Source: Takakia lepidozioides
Taxonomy: Eukaryota > Plantae > Bryophyta
Assembly: GCA_030704615.1 (NCBI GenBank)
Contig: CM060733.1
Coordinates: forward strand, 34,906,001-34,970,000
Length of the DNA stretch: 64,000 bases
Direction: 5' to 3'
The notes under the pieces were generated by a model. The model made no database searches and was not told where the DNA came from. It worked only from the letters and a program-made list of their open reading frames with translations. A program made the position numbers and the translations under genes. This document shows, in pieces, positions 1 to 13,427 of this stretch (the stretch's first letter is position 1; each line of letters starts with the position of its first letter).

Positions 1-953
1 GAATGTAGCGATAGATGGATGGATTTTGGGTTTTCCATCAACACACAAACCACTAAAGTTTTTCACCACAGAAGTAATACCAATCACTGGTGTGTATGTA
101 ATCACTAATGCGTAACCACTGGCCGAGTGGTTCCAACCACTAGCCGAGTGGTTCCAGTTACTAAATGGTCTGTAACCACTCACTCTACACCACTCTCAAA
201 GTGGTACCAATCAATGGGGGTCTTTAACCACTCCAGATCTACGTATACTGTCCCCGTCCACGTGGAATAATATAGTTCATAATTAAATATATTTTGAAAT
301 GATAAATCTTAAATAAAAATTGAATTATTACACGTGGAGTAGCAAGTGGTTTCAATCACCTCCCATCACTAAGGTGTCTTCAACCACTCACAACCCACCC
401 CAGAAGTAGTACCAATCACTCACGTGTATGTAACCACTCACAAGTGCCCACTTGAAGAGTGGTTCCAGTTACAAAAGGGTCTTAACCACTCACATTCCAC
501 CACTGTGCAAGTGGTACCAATCACTGGGGGGTCTTTAACCACTCCAGATCTACGTATATTATCCTCGTCCACGTGGAATAACATATTTTGAAATGATAAA
601 AATCTTAAAAAACAATTTATTACACGTGGAGTAGAAAGTGGTTTCAACCACTTCCCATCACTGAGGTGTCTTTAACCACTCATAATTTATCACTGTACCC
701 GTCCATGTCGGATATTATCATTATTAATATAAATATTTGACCAAATGTCGAATAATAAATATAAAATTAAATATTACACGTGGATTACTCAATGGTTGAA
801 CCACTTCCAACCACTCCATATGATGCCACCGTGGCATTTCATAGGAATTAACCACTGACCAGTGGTTACCATTACTTGGGAGTGATTTATAGAGTGATAA
901 AAGACAAAAGTGGTTAAGGGGGCCAGTGGTTATTCCGCGTTTTTCTTCTAGTG
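1..953. mobile_element. Right end of a CACTA (En/Spm) DNA transposon: terminal inverted repeat plus subterminal repeat array
   Basis: Ends in TTTTTCTTCTAGTG (940-953), whose reverse complement CACTAGAAGAAAAA is a typical CACTA TIR. It is preceded by dense AACCACT/AGTGGTT motifs in both orientations and two diverged ~300 bp units (~70-390 and ~400-680). Gypsy RT sequence begins immediately after 953. Confidence 0.7.
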
Positions 954-1890
954 TGGGTGATCACCTCACCCCCCAGCAGATTCATCACCTGCACCTATTT
1001 CTCCGTGACAATCTCGACATCCTTAGTAAAGGGCCCCATGACTTAGGCCGCACCACCGTTCTTGGTCATGACATATTCATCACAGATGGTAAGCCTATCA
1101 ACCAACATGCTTATAGGGAGAGTGTTCGTGAGCAAAAAGTCATTCATGAAGAGATTACCAAGATGCTTGTTGCTGATGTGATCACCCCCTCCATATCCCC
1201 TTGGGCCAGTCCCATTGTCTTGTGGGTAAGAAGGATGGCTCAACCCGTTTTTGTGTAGACTTTCGGCGTTTAAATGCCATCCAAGCCACGCATTAACGAA
1301 ACGCTAGACCAACTTAATGGTGCCACTATCTTCTCTTCATTGGATTTAGCCTCTGGCTTTTGGCAAGTACCTTCAACTACTGCTGCTAAGGAGAGAATTG
1401 CCTTCACCTGCAAGATGGGCCTCTTCCAATTTGAAACAATGCCTTTTGGCCTTTGCAACGCCACTGCTACATTTTAGCGCCTTATGGACATTGTTTTAGG
1501 AAACCTTCGTTGGGAGTGTGCTTTAATTTACATTGATGACATCAACATTTATCCTACAACGCTTGATGCTCATCTATTGGATTTACAGCGGGTTGTATGC
1601 AGGCTTCGTGCAGCCGGGCTTAAAGTTAAAGCTAAGAAGTGTGATAACAGCTCCATTTCCTGGGCCATCTGCTTTCTGCTGTTGGCATGAGTCCTAACCC
1701 AAATAAGATCCAGGCTGTGTGGAACTATCCAACCCCTTGAGATAAAACACGTGTTAAGGCCTTCTTGGGCTTGGATTCTTACTATCGTCGCTTCATTTTT
1801 CAATTTGCCAAACTTGCTGCTCCACTCACTCGCTTGTTATCCAAGGATGCTCGTTTTGTGTAGGGTATTGCAGAAACATCTGCCTTTGAG
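954..1890 (+). mobile_element. Degenerate Ty3/gypsy reverse transcriptase fragment
   Basis: Motifs PSISPWASPIVL, RFCVDFRRLN, SSLDLASGFWQV, MPFGLCNATATF and ALIYIDDI are spread over several frames with stops and frameshifts. Confidence 0.92.
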
Positions 1891-3828
1891 AAGGGGGGAT
1901 GCTTCCGCGTGAGCGCAGCCAGGCTCACGCCACGTCAGCAGTTATTGCCACGTGGGCTCACGGGTCTGACGCCACATCAGCAGACCTCGCCAGCGTGGTT
2001 GACGCCACATCAAGTGAAGCCACATCATTTCCATAGGCACGAACCTATAACCGTGGACCGAATAGGCAGAAAGGGGCCTATAGCCGCGGACTTGCGCGTT
2101 TGGCACATAAGGAACCATATGTAGGCAACGAGGCGAAGTGCAGAAGAGAACTTGTACCGAATGTTGCTGAATGATTGTGTTTGCAGAGACCGAATATAGA
2201 AGAATGGTTGTGGATGAATTAATGAGGATGAAGGAGAGTCAGCATGTTCCAAATATGGATGAATGAGAGTGGATGAATGTTGAATGAGGATGTCATTTAT
2301 CTGAACCAAGCACAACAATCAATGTCGTTTGCACAAACATCACAAATTGGAGAAATTCCCTCATGAAGCACATGACAAGATTTTATCCATGTCTGCCATT
2401 TGGGGAAAGGTAGATTGATGAAATCAACGTAGAATAAGACAACACAGCAGATGTGAGACAGATCTTTGATTTTTTTTTTTTCTCCCACTAGTTACAGCAA
2501 CATTCCACTGTGCAGCACGCTCCACTTTCGCTTTCCTCTTCAGTGTCGACACATTGTGAGGCATTTCAACACCATACTTCTTGCAACACACCACATCACC
2601 ACCCTAAACTGGCATTGGACTGAAAATGCGACCTAGTTGCCTTGCCAACGAGGTACAATCTGCTCATCTCTCCTGAGAGAGCACTGAAATTTTCAAGCTT
2701 ATTCATTAGTTGTAAGCATACCCATTAGTTGTAACAACATATTAGAAGATGAATTTGGCTACCGGTTGTGCATGAGGAGGAGTTATAGGTCTTTCACATT
2801 GTGCACCAAAAATTTGACGAAACCGCTAGGCAACACATGTTTTGTCTTCTTGTTTGACCCATAACCTTGATGTTAGGCATTCGTGTGGTGCCCTTGAACA
2901 TATGAGGCTGAGCATGCATGTTAACTTTGCTCATGCAGCTTTCTAGAATGATGTGAAATCCAGGCTGTAATGAACAACTGCTTGGAGTACATTGTTGTCA
3001 ATGCAATACAAGCCATGAACTGTGCATTGACAGCCAATAAGCAGGCAATCATGATTAACAATTGAGAACAAGCAAAATGTGATACCATCCTATAACTACA
3101 TTACCATGAACCCACTTTCCAATGAAGCCATGGTATTATAAAGTTGCGTAAGGACACAAAATGTGTCACACTCGTGGCTCGGCACGTCACCACAATTTTT
3201 TTTTAAAATAAATGAAGTTTGCATTTCAGTTACTACAACTATCCCCCGAAACTTGGGCACTATCATCAACAAAAACCCGAGCTCCAAGGTGCTTGTTGGG
3301 CTTCCGAGCAGGGCGACAGGCAGTTGGGGGAGACATCGTGACATTCTGCTACGAGCAATGGCCTCCGGGGCCGGGGAGGATGTATGAACGAGGAGGGTTG
3401 CACCACAAGTTACTCTGAAGAACAGAGACGTCGTGCAAAGAAATAGCTTCCAATATTTTGCCACCCAAATTACATGTATTGCATTAGCTAATGTGAAAGG
3501 CATAGGGGGGGGGAAGGGGGGAGAGGGGGGGGGGGGGGGGGCTGCACATGCTATAACTGGGAAGCGAACACCAAATGAACTTACTCACATGTGAAATCGT
3601 CGTCGAGGTCCTTGTCGTCTCCCTCATTGATATCGACATGCAATACAGCCTCCTGCTCTTTGGCGGCAGGCATTGGCCCTTGCAACTCTTGGAGGATCTG
3701 TAAAAATGGCTGTATCCCCTTCCATACCCAACAAATGTCGGCCCGCTGCCTTGCAAACATGGTACGAAGCTCCTGCAAGACATAGTTGTGTTACTAAGAT
3801 GTTACAAATTGTGTATTAAGGGAATGTT

Positions 3829-4265
3829 TTGGACAATTTGGAAGATGTCGATCTTATTGATCATGTTAAAGTTGTTGATGAAGAGTCTCCTGATCCTATG
3901 TTGGAGACCTTGTCCCCTGAGGAGCTAGTGGGCGGTGGTCATGCCATGCCCACCCAAGGTGTTCCTACAACATCAGGTAGTCAACCTAACATTGACATTC
4001 AAGGTATTTGTGATGCTATGACTACTTTGTCTAGCTGCCTTGCTCTCATGCAACTATTTTTAGACAAATAGGTAGGGGCTATGCCAATAGCCAAACCCAA
4101 GGAGGCTTCGCACACTCATAAACGACCTTATCCCGATTATGAGATAGGCCAAGATTTCAAAAACTTCCTCAACTTCTTTGAGATGAGTGTTAAATTCAAT
4201 GGCTTGCCTGCAGACATGGTGACGAATTCGTTCCGTTTTTGTCTTAAGGGTGAGGCCCGTGACCT
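3829..4265 (+). mobile_element. Possible retrotransposon gag fragment
   Basis: YPDYEIGQDFKNFLNFFEMSVKFNGL...FRFCLKGEARD resembles the gag capsid N-terminal region. It has an in-frame stop at 4069-4071. Weak resemblance only. Confidence 0.45.
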
Positions 4266-6517
4266 GTTACAAGTTAAGCACACTGAAAGTACCCCGGGCC
4301 GTTTAGGCTTCCAGGTAATCCTTTAAATAAAGCCAGGAGGCTAATCTTATCAGCCAGAAAGGCCACTTGTGGTTGCCTCAGCAGATGATGTCCAGATGCT
4401 CATCCAGATAGGTCGCCACGTATTCGCTACTTAGGATAAGCTAGCTTCTAACTCCAGACAGTCTGACTTTATTAAGCCAGCTTGTCACTCCTTCATCCTC
4501 GCAACGGTCATCCACTTTACATCCATCTCTTTCATTCATCCAAGCGAATCGTAAGGTAGGTGGAATCCAGCCTCTACACCACTCTATACTTTATAATCTT
4601 CAGATCAACAACCAGCATGGAGCCCAGTGGTAATGGGCACATACCACGTTGGATGTGGTTGTGGGTTCAAACCACCGTATGGTGTGTCATGAAGGTGTTC
4701 ATCTTCCTGCTGGAAGGCAGTAGCCCTTGGGGGTCAAGTGACACCATAAGTTACGCTCCCTTGGGGAGGCGTCATACTTCTAATCTTCTGATCTGGCGGT
4801 TGGAACTTGATGAAACTTTTTGTGGCACTGTATGTGTGTGAGAGAAGTATGTGTGTGTCGGAAAAGATTTGATCCACGCTATATGGCACCGAAACAATGC
4901 GGGCCTGTGGTTCAACAATGTATCAATGCTCCCGTGGAGACCGTTTGGTTGGGGCTAGGCAGGTTCGATCGTCCCCAGTCCTACAAGCACTTCGTTAGAG
5001 ACTGTTGAATGGGCACACTCTTGTAGTGGATCGCTCCTGGAGAAATGAGTCTGGGCAGATATGCATGGTGGCATGCCATGCTGGTGCAAAGAACAGCGAT
5101 ATGTGGGTTCAGCTCTGTGGTGTACTGGATTCACTGTTGTTCTTCCATCAACTCCTTTTTCTTCTGAAGCATTATAGAAACTTTTGGTATGGTTCTCGTC
5201 TTTCCATGCATTATATGAGAAACGGAGATGGAGAGGTACTTATGCACACTGCTGTGGTCCATGGTGGAGCAGCGCGGAGACCGCGTTGCAGTACACTTAT
5301 TAGGGGTGTGTAAACGGTAGAGATGTAGTCGTTGGCAATTGAGGGCTTACAGGCCGTTGGCTGTGATCAGACTACTGAGGGCATGGTCTCGGAAGGATAT
5401 CAACCCTACCAGAGCAAGTAGTGGGGTCTCCACACACAGCTAATGACAATCTTGCAACAGTGAATTGCAAGTTGACGTAGGGGCTGGTATGGCCATGCTA
5501 GAAGACACGACGCTTACTCCAGAATTGCCGCGGTGTCCCCCAAATTGGCCATTTTCTTTACACTGTCAGCGAACTGTGTCTGGAAAGAAGAGAGAGAGAC
5601 TTTTTTGGAAAAGCCCAGATGAGCATTTCTTTATAAGACTGGGGCAACCCGGAGTTCCTCACCATCCGTGTTTTAACGGTGTTCACATGCAGTCAAGGCA
5701 AAAAGTATAGAACAGCTTTGGCAAGAATTCATGTCAAATGCTTCACAGTGGTGGGACAACTGGGCTGATAAGGTGAGGCTCTCTACTGCTACCCAATCAT
5801 GTGCAGTTCCATGATGAAATGACAGTGGTTGTTTTCTGATTGAAGCTGGTATGATGCACCATGATTTTAGTGCTTGTGGTGCTTTGAAAATGACCCAAGC
5901 ATTCAAGTTCTAGTTCTGTGGCCTCTTTATTGCCTTGTTCTCGTGGAGCTTTAGTGGTCGAAACCCGGTATACTAGGCTTTAGGTAAATCTTGTAGCTGC
6001 TCAGCTGCTCACTAGTGTTTTTGTCCACAGAGAAGTCCAAGATCACCAGATAAGCTCACAATGGAGGCCCTTTGGAGCGACAGTTGGTCAAGCCCTCCTT
6101 GGGTGAAAGCAGAGCTGATTGCCATGATCCAAGGGCAAGCACAACCTGATGGTGGATCCAATGTCAATGTAAACCATGCTGTTCCATGTCAACAAATGCG
6201 ATTGGTATTGTTTTAAGACTTCTAACTCGTACGTTCTAGAGGACTCTGGTGGTTTGCATCCCTGTTAAATTGATAGCACGAAGCCTGTTGTCATGGAGAG
6301 ATATCTTTGAAAATTTGCTTAGGAAGGTTTGTAGTTAAGAACTTAGAGTCATGTAGGATGGCAGGCCTGAATCAGGCAAAATTGTTTGTTTAACATCAGA
6401 CTTGCGATACGGGAACTGCCTCCACCATCAGCACACCACCAACCTCTTGTGTCAATTGTGGGGATGTGAGGACACTATGGAAAACGGGCATACCACAAGG
6501 TGCGCTGCACATTTTAA

Positions 6518-8539
6518 ATGAACACGGCATTCGGGCAAATGCCTGAACGGGATATGCTTACCTGGGCTATATTGATCACAGGATATGCTAAGCATGGGTG
6601 TGGAATGGAAGCTTGGGAGATTTATAAGCAAATGCAATTAGACAGGATGACAGCCAACAGGGTCACGTTCATTTGTATTCTCAATGCATGTGCCAGCCAA
6701 GTAGCCCTGGAAAAGGGCAAGGAGGTCCATGCTGACCTCACCCAAGCTGGGATTGCCCCAGATATCATTCTGGAGACTACTCTAGTTGACATGTATGCCA
6801 AATGTGGGAGTATGAAGGATGCGTTCTCAGTGTTTGACTAAACGAGATATGGTCTCCTGGAATGCGATGATCATAGGATATGTTCAACATGGGGGTGTTA
6901 GGGAAGCTTTTGAAATGTATGAACAGATGCAATGGGAGGCAGTGATGCCCAACAAGGTCACCATCCTTGGTGTGCTTAATGGGTGTGCAAGCATAGGAGC
7001 CCTGGAAAAGGGGAAAGAGATCCATGCAGACATGATGAAAGCTGGAATTACACCAGATATCATTCTGGAGACTGCCCTTGCTGATATGTATTCCAAATGC
7101 GGGAGTATGAAGGGTGCGTGCAAAGTGTTCAACAATATGCCTGATCAAAATGTTGTCTCATGGGGTGTGATGATTGGAGGGTATGCTCAGCATGGGTGTG
7201 GTAGGGAGGCCCTGCAATTCTTTACACAAATGCAACAGGAAGGCTTGAAGCCGGATGGTATCACTTTCATATCCCTTCTCCCTGCATGTAGCCATGTGGG
7301 CCTGGTGGATGAAGGCCGTCACTATTTTGATTTCACGAGTCGAGATTATGGCCTCACTCCTACAGTGGATCATTTTGGCTGAATGGTGGATCTCCTTGTT
7401 GGTGCAGGGCGACTGGATGAGGCAGAGGGCTTGATCAAAGAAATGTCAATCAGACCAGATGCTGAGCTGTGGAGAGCCTTGCTAGGTGCCCGCAGAATTC
7501 ATGGTGACATTGACATAGCAGTTCAGCAAATAGCATTATCAAAAGTGATCCACAGTACACTGGAGCTTATGTGCTACTATCAAACATCTATGCTTCGGCT
7601 GGAAAGTCGGATGAGAAAGCATAGGCGAGAAAATTGATGGAGGACAGAGGTGTCAAAAAGGAGCCAGGGCTCAGCACCATTGAAGTCAACAACCAGGTGC
7701 ATATATTTGTTGCAAAAGAAATCCATTCTGAGGTGGAAAGGTTGTCTGGGCATATGAAGAAGGTGGGTTATATGACACGCCATTTGTATTGAATGACATG
7801 GAGGAAGAGCAAAAGGAATCATCACTTTGGCTGAATGGGATGTGATCTCATAGAGTGCAACGATCGCAGGTTGTGCCCAGCATGGCTATGCTAGGGATGC
7901 TGTGCGACTATTTGAGGAGATGCAAGAGGAAGGCTTGAAGCTGAACAGTATCACCTTTGTATCTCTTCTGTTTGCATGTAGCCATTGGGGCCAATCCAAC
8001 CATATGTTGGGGTGTGGAGGGCCTTGCTTGGTGCCTGCAGAGTTCATGGCTATGTGGAGGCAGCAGAATGTGCAGCAAAAAGCATTCTCCAGATATATCC
8101 ACAATACTCTGCAGCTTATGTGCTTCTATCGAACATCTACGCTCCGGCTGGCAGGTTGGATGATAAAGCAAATGTGAGGAGAATGATGGAGGAGAGAGGT
8201 GAAAGGAAGAAGCCAGGGCGCAGCTGGATTGAGGTCAACAACCCGGTGCATACATTTGCTTTTAGTAGACCAAATGCATCCACAAATTGAGGAAATCTAT
8301 GCCAAGCTGCAGAGATTGTCTGGGCAGATGAAGGCATTGGGTCATGTACCCGACACTCGCTTTGTATTGCATCATGTGGAGGAGGAGCAGAAAGAACTTC
8401 TCTGGGCCACCACAGTGAGAACCTGGCCATTGCTTTTGGGCTCATCAGCACACGCCTATTCGCATCAACAAGAACCTTCGGGTGTGCGGTGACTGCCAAA
8501 CGGCCGCCAAGTTCATCTCAAAGATTGTTGAGCGAGAAG
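6518..8539 (+). pseudogene. PLS-class PPR protein pseudogene with duplicated E/E+ region and truncated DYW deaminase domain
   Basis: PPR repeats (VSWNAMIIGYVQHG, ETTLVDMYAKCGS, ACSHVGLVDEGRHYF) and E motifs (VWRALLGACRVHG, AAYVLLSNIY). PG boxes KKEPGLSTIEVNN and KKPGRSWIEVNN. DYW motifs HHSENLAIAFGLI and KNLRVCGDCQTAAKFISKIVERE. Many stops and frameshifts, and the terminal DYW is missing. Confidence 0.92.
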
Positions 8540-9780
8540 GAGGTCCCGAGGCTTGTCCCATACTCCTGTACCGAATGTGGAGTTTATGGAAACAAAGCTA
8601 ATGGGAAGCAAGGACATGGAGGATGCCTCAATTTTTTGTGGCAATGGACATGCCCTGATTTTGCAGGTAAAGCAGCATTGCCCTTGGGTATGAGACCGAA
8701 GGCTGGCGTCAAGTGTCACTTCCTCTCAGTTGCAACGAGCTCATAGCATCTTCAGGAGGAGAGGAGTGGTCCATGACCTGGTCAGACAGCGACTAGGAGC
8801 ATATTCAACACAGCATTTGAGGATACTTTGCGTAGACACTCTGCATGGAGCACTCGAGAGGATAATCTGAGGGTTGACATGCAGCTGGTAGTGGTGCAGA
8901 CCTTGGTTCCAACCTATAGGAGTTTCATTCAGAGCTATGGTCCCTTGATAGAAAGGGGTGGCTCAAACATATATAAAGTACTCACCTGAGAAGGTTGAGG
9001 AGATGCTAGGTGACCTGTTTCGTGGTCGGCCTGTAAAGCCCCAGTAGAATGGCACCAACTTGCACACTCCTGATGTGAAGGGATCAATTTAATTCAAGTT
9101 CCTGGTTACTGCCTCCACCGTACCCCCCACCAACAAGCCTTTGACTGATACATGTCCAGGAAACCATGTATCTGCAACAAATGTATTGAACTGTTTTGCT
9201 CTGGAAACTGAGAGTCCAAAGCTCAGACATGTCCAAAGTGTTGGGATCCCGCTGAATTGGCAGAGACTATTGAGGCTCTCGAAAAGCCTGTGTAATACCA
9301 TCTACACCATAAGAAGTCCAGGGCCTGCGTATCCCCTTCTCTGGCTCCTAAGTGGCAAAGCTGCATGTCCTGCCCTTCCACATGGATCTCAGGACGCTTT
9401 AATGAATCTCTCTGGCTCATGCTCAAGGGATCTCTCCTGATGGAAGGATCTCAGCCTATTTCCCATTGGGAGGGAGAAAGTCCAGCATTCTTACGAAGAA
9501 ATCCCTTTCAAGCATGTACGTAGGGAAAAGCTGGAGGGGAAGATGAGGGGGAGTATGCGATTTTAGTCTAAGTCAGCCACCATGGAGGTTCTTCCATGGG
9601 ATTTCAAACCATGGCAAACTGGAGCATGCACAAAGCTCCACATAGACAACCCCAACGCACATGCTTTTTATTGGTTGCAGACACCTAGATCTGAATCAGT
9701 GCATTCGAGTGTTGCTGATACTTTTTGGATCCCAAATGCAGCCAAATTTGGTATCACTTTCCCCAAGAGCTTGGAATTTT

Positions 9781-9808
9781 GGGTTTAGGGTTTAGGGTTT
9801 AGGGTTTA
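9781..9808 (+). repeat. Short interstitial plant telomeric repeat, (TTTAGGG)3 plus partial units
   Basis: GGG TTTAGGG TTTAGGG TTTAGGG TTTA read directly. Confidence 0.85.
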
Positions 9809-10616
9809 CAAGCGTCCAGCAACTTGATTGTAACCTCATTGAGTATGCAGTACTTCATGTGTGTTTGAAATCATGCTTCCCGATTCTTGCCTGTCGCAGT
9901 CAGCTCACTCATCTCTCTGAAATATGTCCTTCGCGTTTTTTCTATCTTTGCAGAAGCTTAGTTGCAGTGTTTGCCAGAATCTTGTGAATTCTAGGTACGA
10001 TGTCAGTGTTCATTTGCAACATTCGGCAGTGCTTGTGTGCTTGCATCAAAATCGTTGACTGGACAAGACACTTTAAAGTCTCGATGCTGGTCTGTCATGG
10101 GAGTTGATATCTTTAATCCTCTCACACACTACTGTGCAGGAAGTTTGTGATGACTGTTTACTATCATAAAACATCAGCTCATAATGCTGCAAGAGGTCAC
10201 GCCCATTTCGATCTGTACCACCCAAAAACTGTGACTGGACTTGTTAGTGCAGTGTCATATATAGTAATATAACAGATAAGGATTCGATCACTTGTATGTA
10301 AAGTCACTAGCATGTACATTCAATCGTTTGATTCAGATTTGTTCAGCGCCAAATAACTTCTTAAGAGAATATGTTACCCAAATACAATTGGATAGCTGGG
10401 AATTCTTCCCATCCATTCTAGATCGAGAATCTCTCCAACCAAAGGACTCCAATCACGTTAGCCTGCCACCATCTGCCATCCCATATAATCTCTTTGCGAA
10501 AAGTCTGAATCCCGACATGAATCTTGGACCACCTGTTTTTGTGCTACAATCTGTACTTGACTTGAGCTAGACTGATTGATGGTTGGTATTATGGTATCTG
10601 CCGAGAGTCTGTGATG

Positions 10617-13427
10617 TTATTGGGCAAGCTCTATCCGGATGGAGTGAATGCTGATGGCAGTATCCTTGCTTCTGGGCACAAGACTGACTAGAATGCTGGG
10701 CTCCTTCTCAAGGCCAAGCTGCTTCAGCTTTGAGCTGATGCCTACCCTAAAAGAATGATCACGGCTCCGAGTGTGTTCTCGGGAATTTCCAGCAGTCGGA
10801 TAGGGATAGAAAGCGCCTGCATATTCTGTGCAACTCCAGGGTGTATGCTCATCCGCGTCGGGTAAATTCAAAAACAAGACAAACCCTATTGATTTACCTG
10901 ATGGTATCCTTATGCCTTCAATGGCAAGGACCTCTTCTTGCGATCCTGGTTCCTCTGGTTGCAACCCAAAAGCTTCAGGCTCTTTGGTTTGGATGATAAT
11001 GGGCACTGCTGGCCTTGAGATGTGAGCCTGGAAAACTGCACCAGTAAGAGGAATGTTTCTAATATGGAAAACTTCTGATCCTCGTGTGGCAATCAAATCA
11101 CAATCCTTGCTTGTTCGCTCTGTCTGCAATGAAGGGACGATGAATCTTGCAAGCTTGGCTATGCCCCTCGAGAGTTGCTCCTTGAAGAACTTTGGAGCAC
11201 AATCTGAAGACACTGGAACTGGAGCTGGCTTGGTGCTCAGACGGGTAGAATTGAACCAGAGCCAGTCATTCTCTACCTCTTCGTACCTGTAGCGCAATTT
11301 TTCAATATCAAGAGAGTCTGCTACCTGTACAAACCAGTAAGTGTCGTCACTGTTACTTGACCATTCCAAATCTGGACCAAAGTTTCCGTAGGCCTAGATG
11401 CGTAGATGCACATAATAACAATTCTAGAGAGGGAAGGCGAGACAGGAAAACCAACCTTCACACGAACAAGATCAGCGTTTTCATCGTAGAAGATAAACTC
11501 CGAATTGAGCCAGTCGGGGTCAGTAAGGTCGCCACGATGACCTCCTGGCAGGTGCTTCCAGAGATCCCACAAACGGTCCACATTGGCGTGATGTGTAAAG
11601 AAAATGGGATCTCTTGCAGCAGCAAAGCATCGGGTCATGTCCTCCCTATGTGGCTCCCTCTCATCTCCTGCCCCCACATGTACACAAAAACCAAATAAGC
11701 AGCTCTCGACAGTATCCTCTTACTGTCACCACCGTCACTGCATTAACGAAGACTCCCAGGAACTAGCATGTGGTTTCTTTGAAAATCTAGAATCTCCAAA
11801 CAAACTGCATGGGCGCCCGTCTAGGACTTGTAAGCAATCTGTAAGTCACCTTTAGACGCTGATTCATTTGACGCGCCAGACTCACCTCTCAAAAGCAGAG
11901 GATTGATCCAAAGTACAAGCTGCAGAGCCTCTTGCCATGTATATCTGGCAACTCAACGCACATTTGGCGTAGATGTTTGCCGATGGCTCTTTGCTTGATG
12001 AGCTCTTTCAGAAAGCAAACAATCCATTGTTTGCAAGTAAACTAGTGAGATTACTCAGATTCCGCCATGGAAGCATGGGCGACCGGGACAGCTGAGGAGG
12101 CGGAATGATTCCTACAGAGAGCGATCTATGAAGGTGGGTAAAGAACCTATCCAGTAGTGGACGCTGTCATGCGCCTGATTTTCGAAGGCGGAACCGCCAT
12201 AGAGCGGTGCGTCGCCACCGCGGAAAGGCTGCCCCAGAAACAGGAGCGGGGTGGGAGCGCCGCTCACAATACTGGTGTATAGAACGTTTCTATTCGCCGC
12301 CCGCTGCTCCTCCGGGCTGAGCACCGCGGCCGGCGGGCCGAAAGGCCAGAAGGTGAGGTCGACAATGGCAGGGGGCTGGTGGGCTGGGCTGCGTTTTTCG
12401 TCGAATAGCCCGACGTTTCGGCGGTCGACGTACATGGAGGGGAGCAAGTTCGAGGGCGGGTGGACGTCGAGCTGGTTGTCCCATTGCCAGAAGGGCAGCG
12501 CGAAGGTGTCGTCGCCCAACAGCGATGCGAGTATTCGCTCGTGAAAATACACGAACAAGCGATGGAAGGGCATAAGCAGCCAATTTTTGTGCACTTTCAA
12601 CTCCTCCGTGGAATTCACTTGCCTGCGATAACAAGTAGTCGGATCCAGAGTTGAGATCCAGTGTTAGAATCTCCACAAGTCGAGGTTGGTAGTCTAGTCG
12701 TAAGCTAGATGATCTTTCAGAGAGGCGATGCATAGCACAAGTCTTCTTGCTGCATGAACAGTTACTAGTTAGATTGTGCAACTTCGAATTTTTTTGCTAT
12801 ATAGTTAGTTACCTTGTAGCTATCGCCTCGATTATGAACTAAAATCTGTTGCTTAATGATGTGATTACGATTGAGTGCGGAAGAGGTTTCTCTCCTGTCG
12901 CTCCAGGAGAGGAAGAAAGAGGGAGAAGCTAGTATTCCAACAAAACAATGGCGAGACGACTGACTCAGAGAACGCGTTGAATAAATTGAGGGAGCACAAC
13001 TACTGCCAGGGCGAAGTTTTAACAATGCTTGCCTGTAAATTTCGGAACAGTAGGCACAGTGACTCTTGGCCTGGCGAAGGAACGATCGGGGGTCATCATC
13101 TGGAAGCGCTTTCATCATTTCATATGCTCGATTGAGCTTCTCTATGTACGCCTGATCCACGTTGTGTATGGATCGCCTTACCCGCATAGGCAAGTCTATG
13201 TTGAATTGGAAGTTGATTTGGGGCCTCTTGGGGGGCAGAAAGCAGCAGTCTAGTGGAGCATCGTTTTCAATTATTAGATTGCACCTGGTCAAGTCCGGGC
13301 CTAACACCGGAGCGGCATGCACCCTGTGTATCTTCCTACTACACAACGCCATAGATACTAGCATAATCGCCCACAACACTTTCTGTGTGCCCAATGCACA
13401 TCCTGGATGCAGTCCTTCCCTACCCAT
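10617..13427 (-). CDS. PPO: Polyphenol oxidase (type-3 copper), 4 exons, apparently intact, with N-terminal hydrophobic signal
   Basis: Predicted exons 13427-13033, 12622-12147, 11667-11456 and 11324-10617 splice in frame. CuA: HCAYC...KVHKNWLLMPFHR. CuB: ENQAHDSVHYWIGD...RDPIFFTHHANVDRLW. DWL domain (RVKVADSLDIEKLRYRYEEVENDWL) and C-terminal KFDV-like domain (EEVLAIEGI, TEYAGAF). Confidence 0.93.

Noticed and set aside
60-930. Regularly recurring AACCACT motifs resembling a CRISPR-like or satellite array
   Set aside because: Repeats are short, occur in both orientations with irregular spacing, and end at a CACTA TIR. They are better explained as transposon subterminal repeats in a eukaryote.
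1890-3790. GCCACG/ATCA-rich segment followed by minus-strand coding-like fragments (e.g. 3581-3778)
   Set aside because: Probably a TE insertion, but I could not recognise a domain, TIR pair or TSD.
4560-6250. Numerous short ORFs in the six-frame track here and at 22300-25800 and 33700-35900
   Set aside because: No recognisable domains or splice-consistent models. Treated as spurious or non-coding.
8790-9540. Possible RNase H-like or retroelement remnant (…FKHVRRE…)
   Set aside because: Too degenerate to support a call.
9781-9808. Chromosome end or fusion scar
   Set aside because: Only about four units. Such short telobox-like tracts are common in plant genomes.
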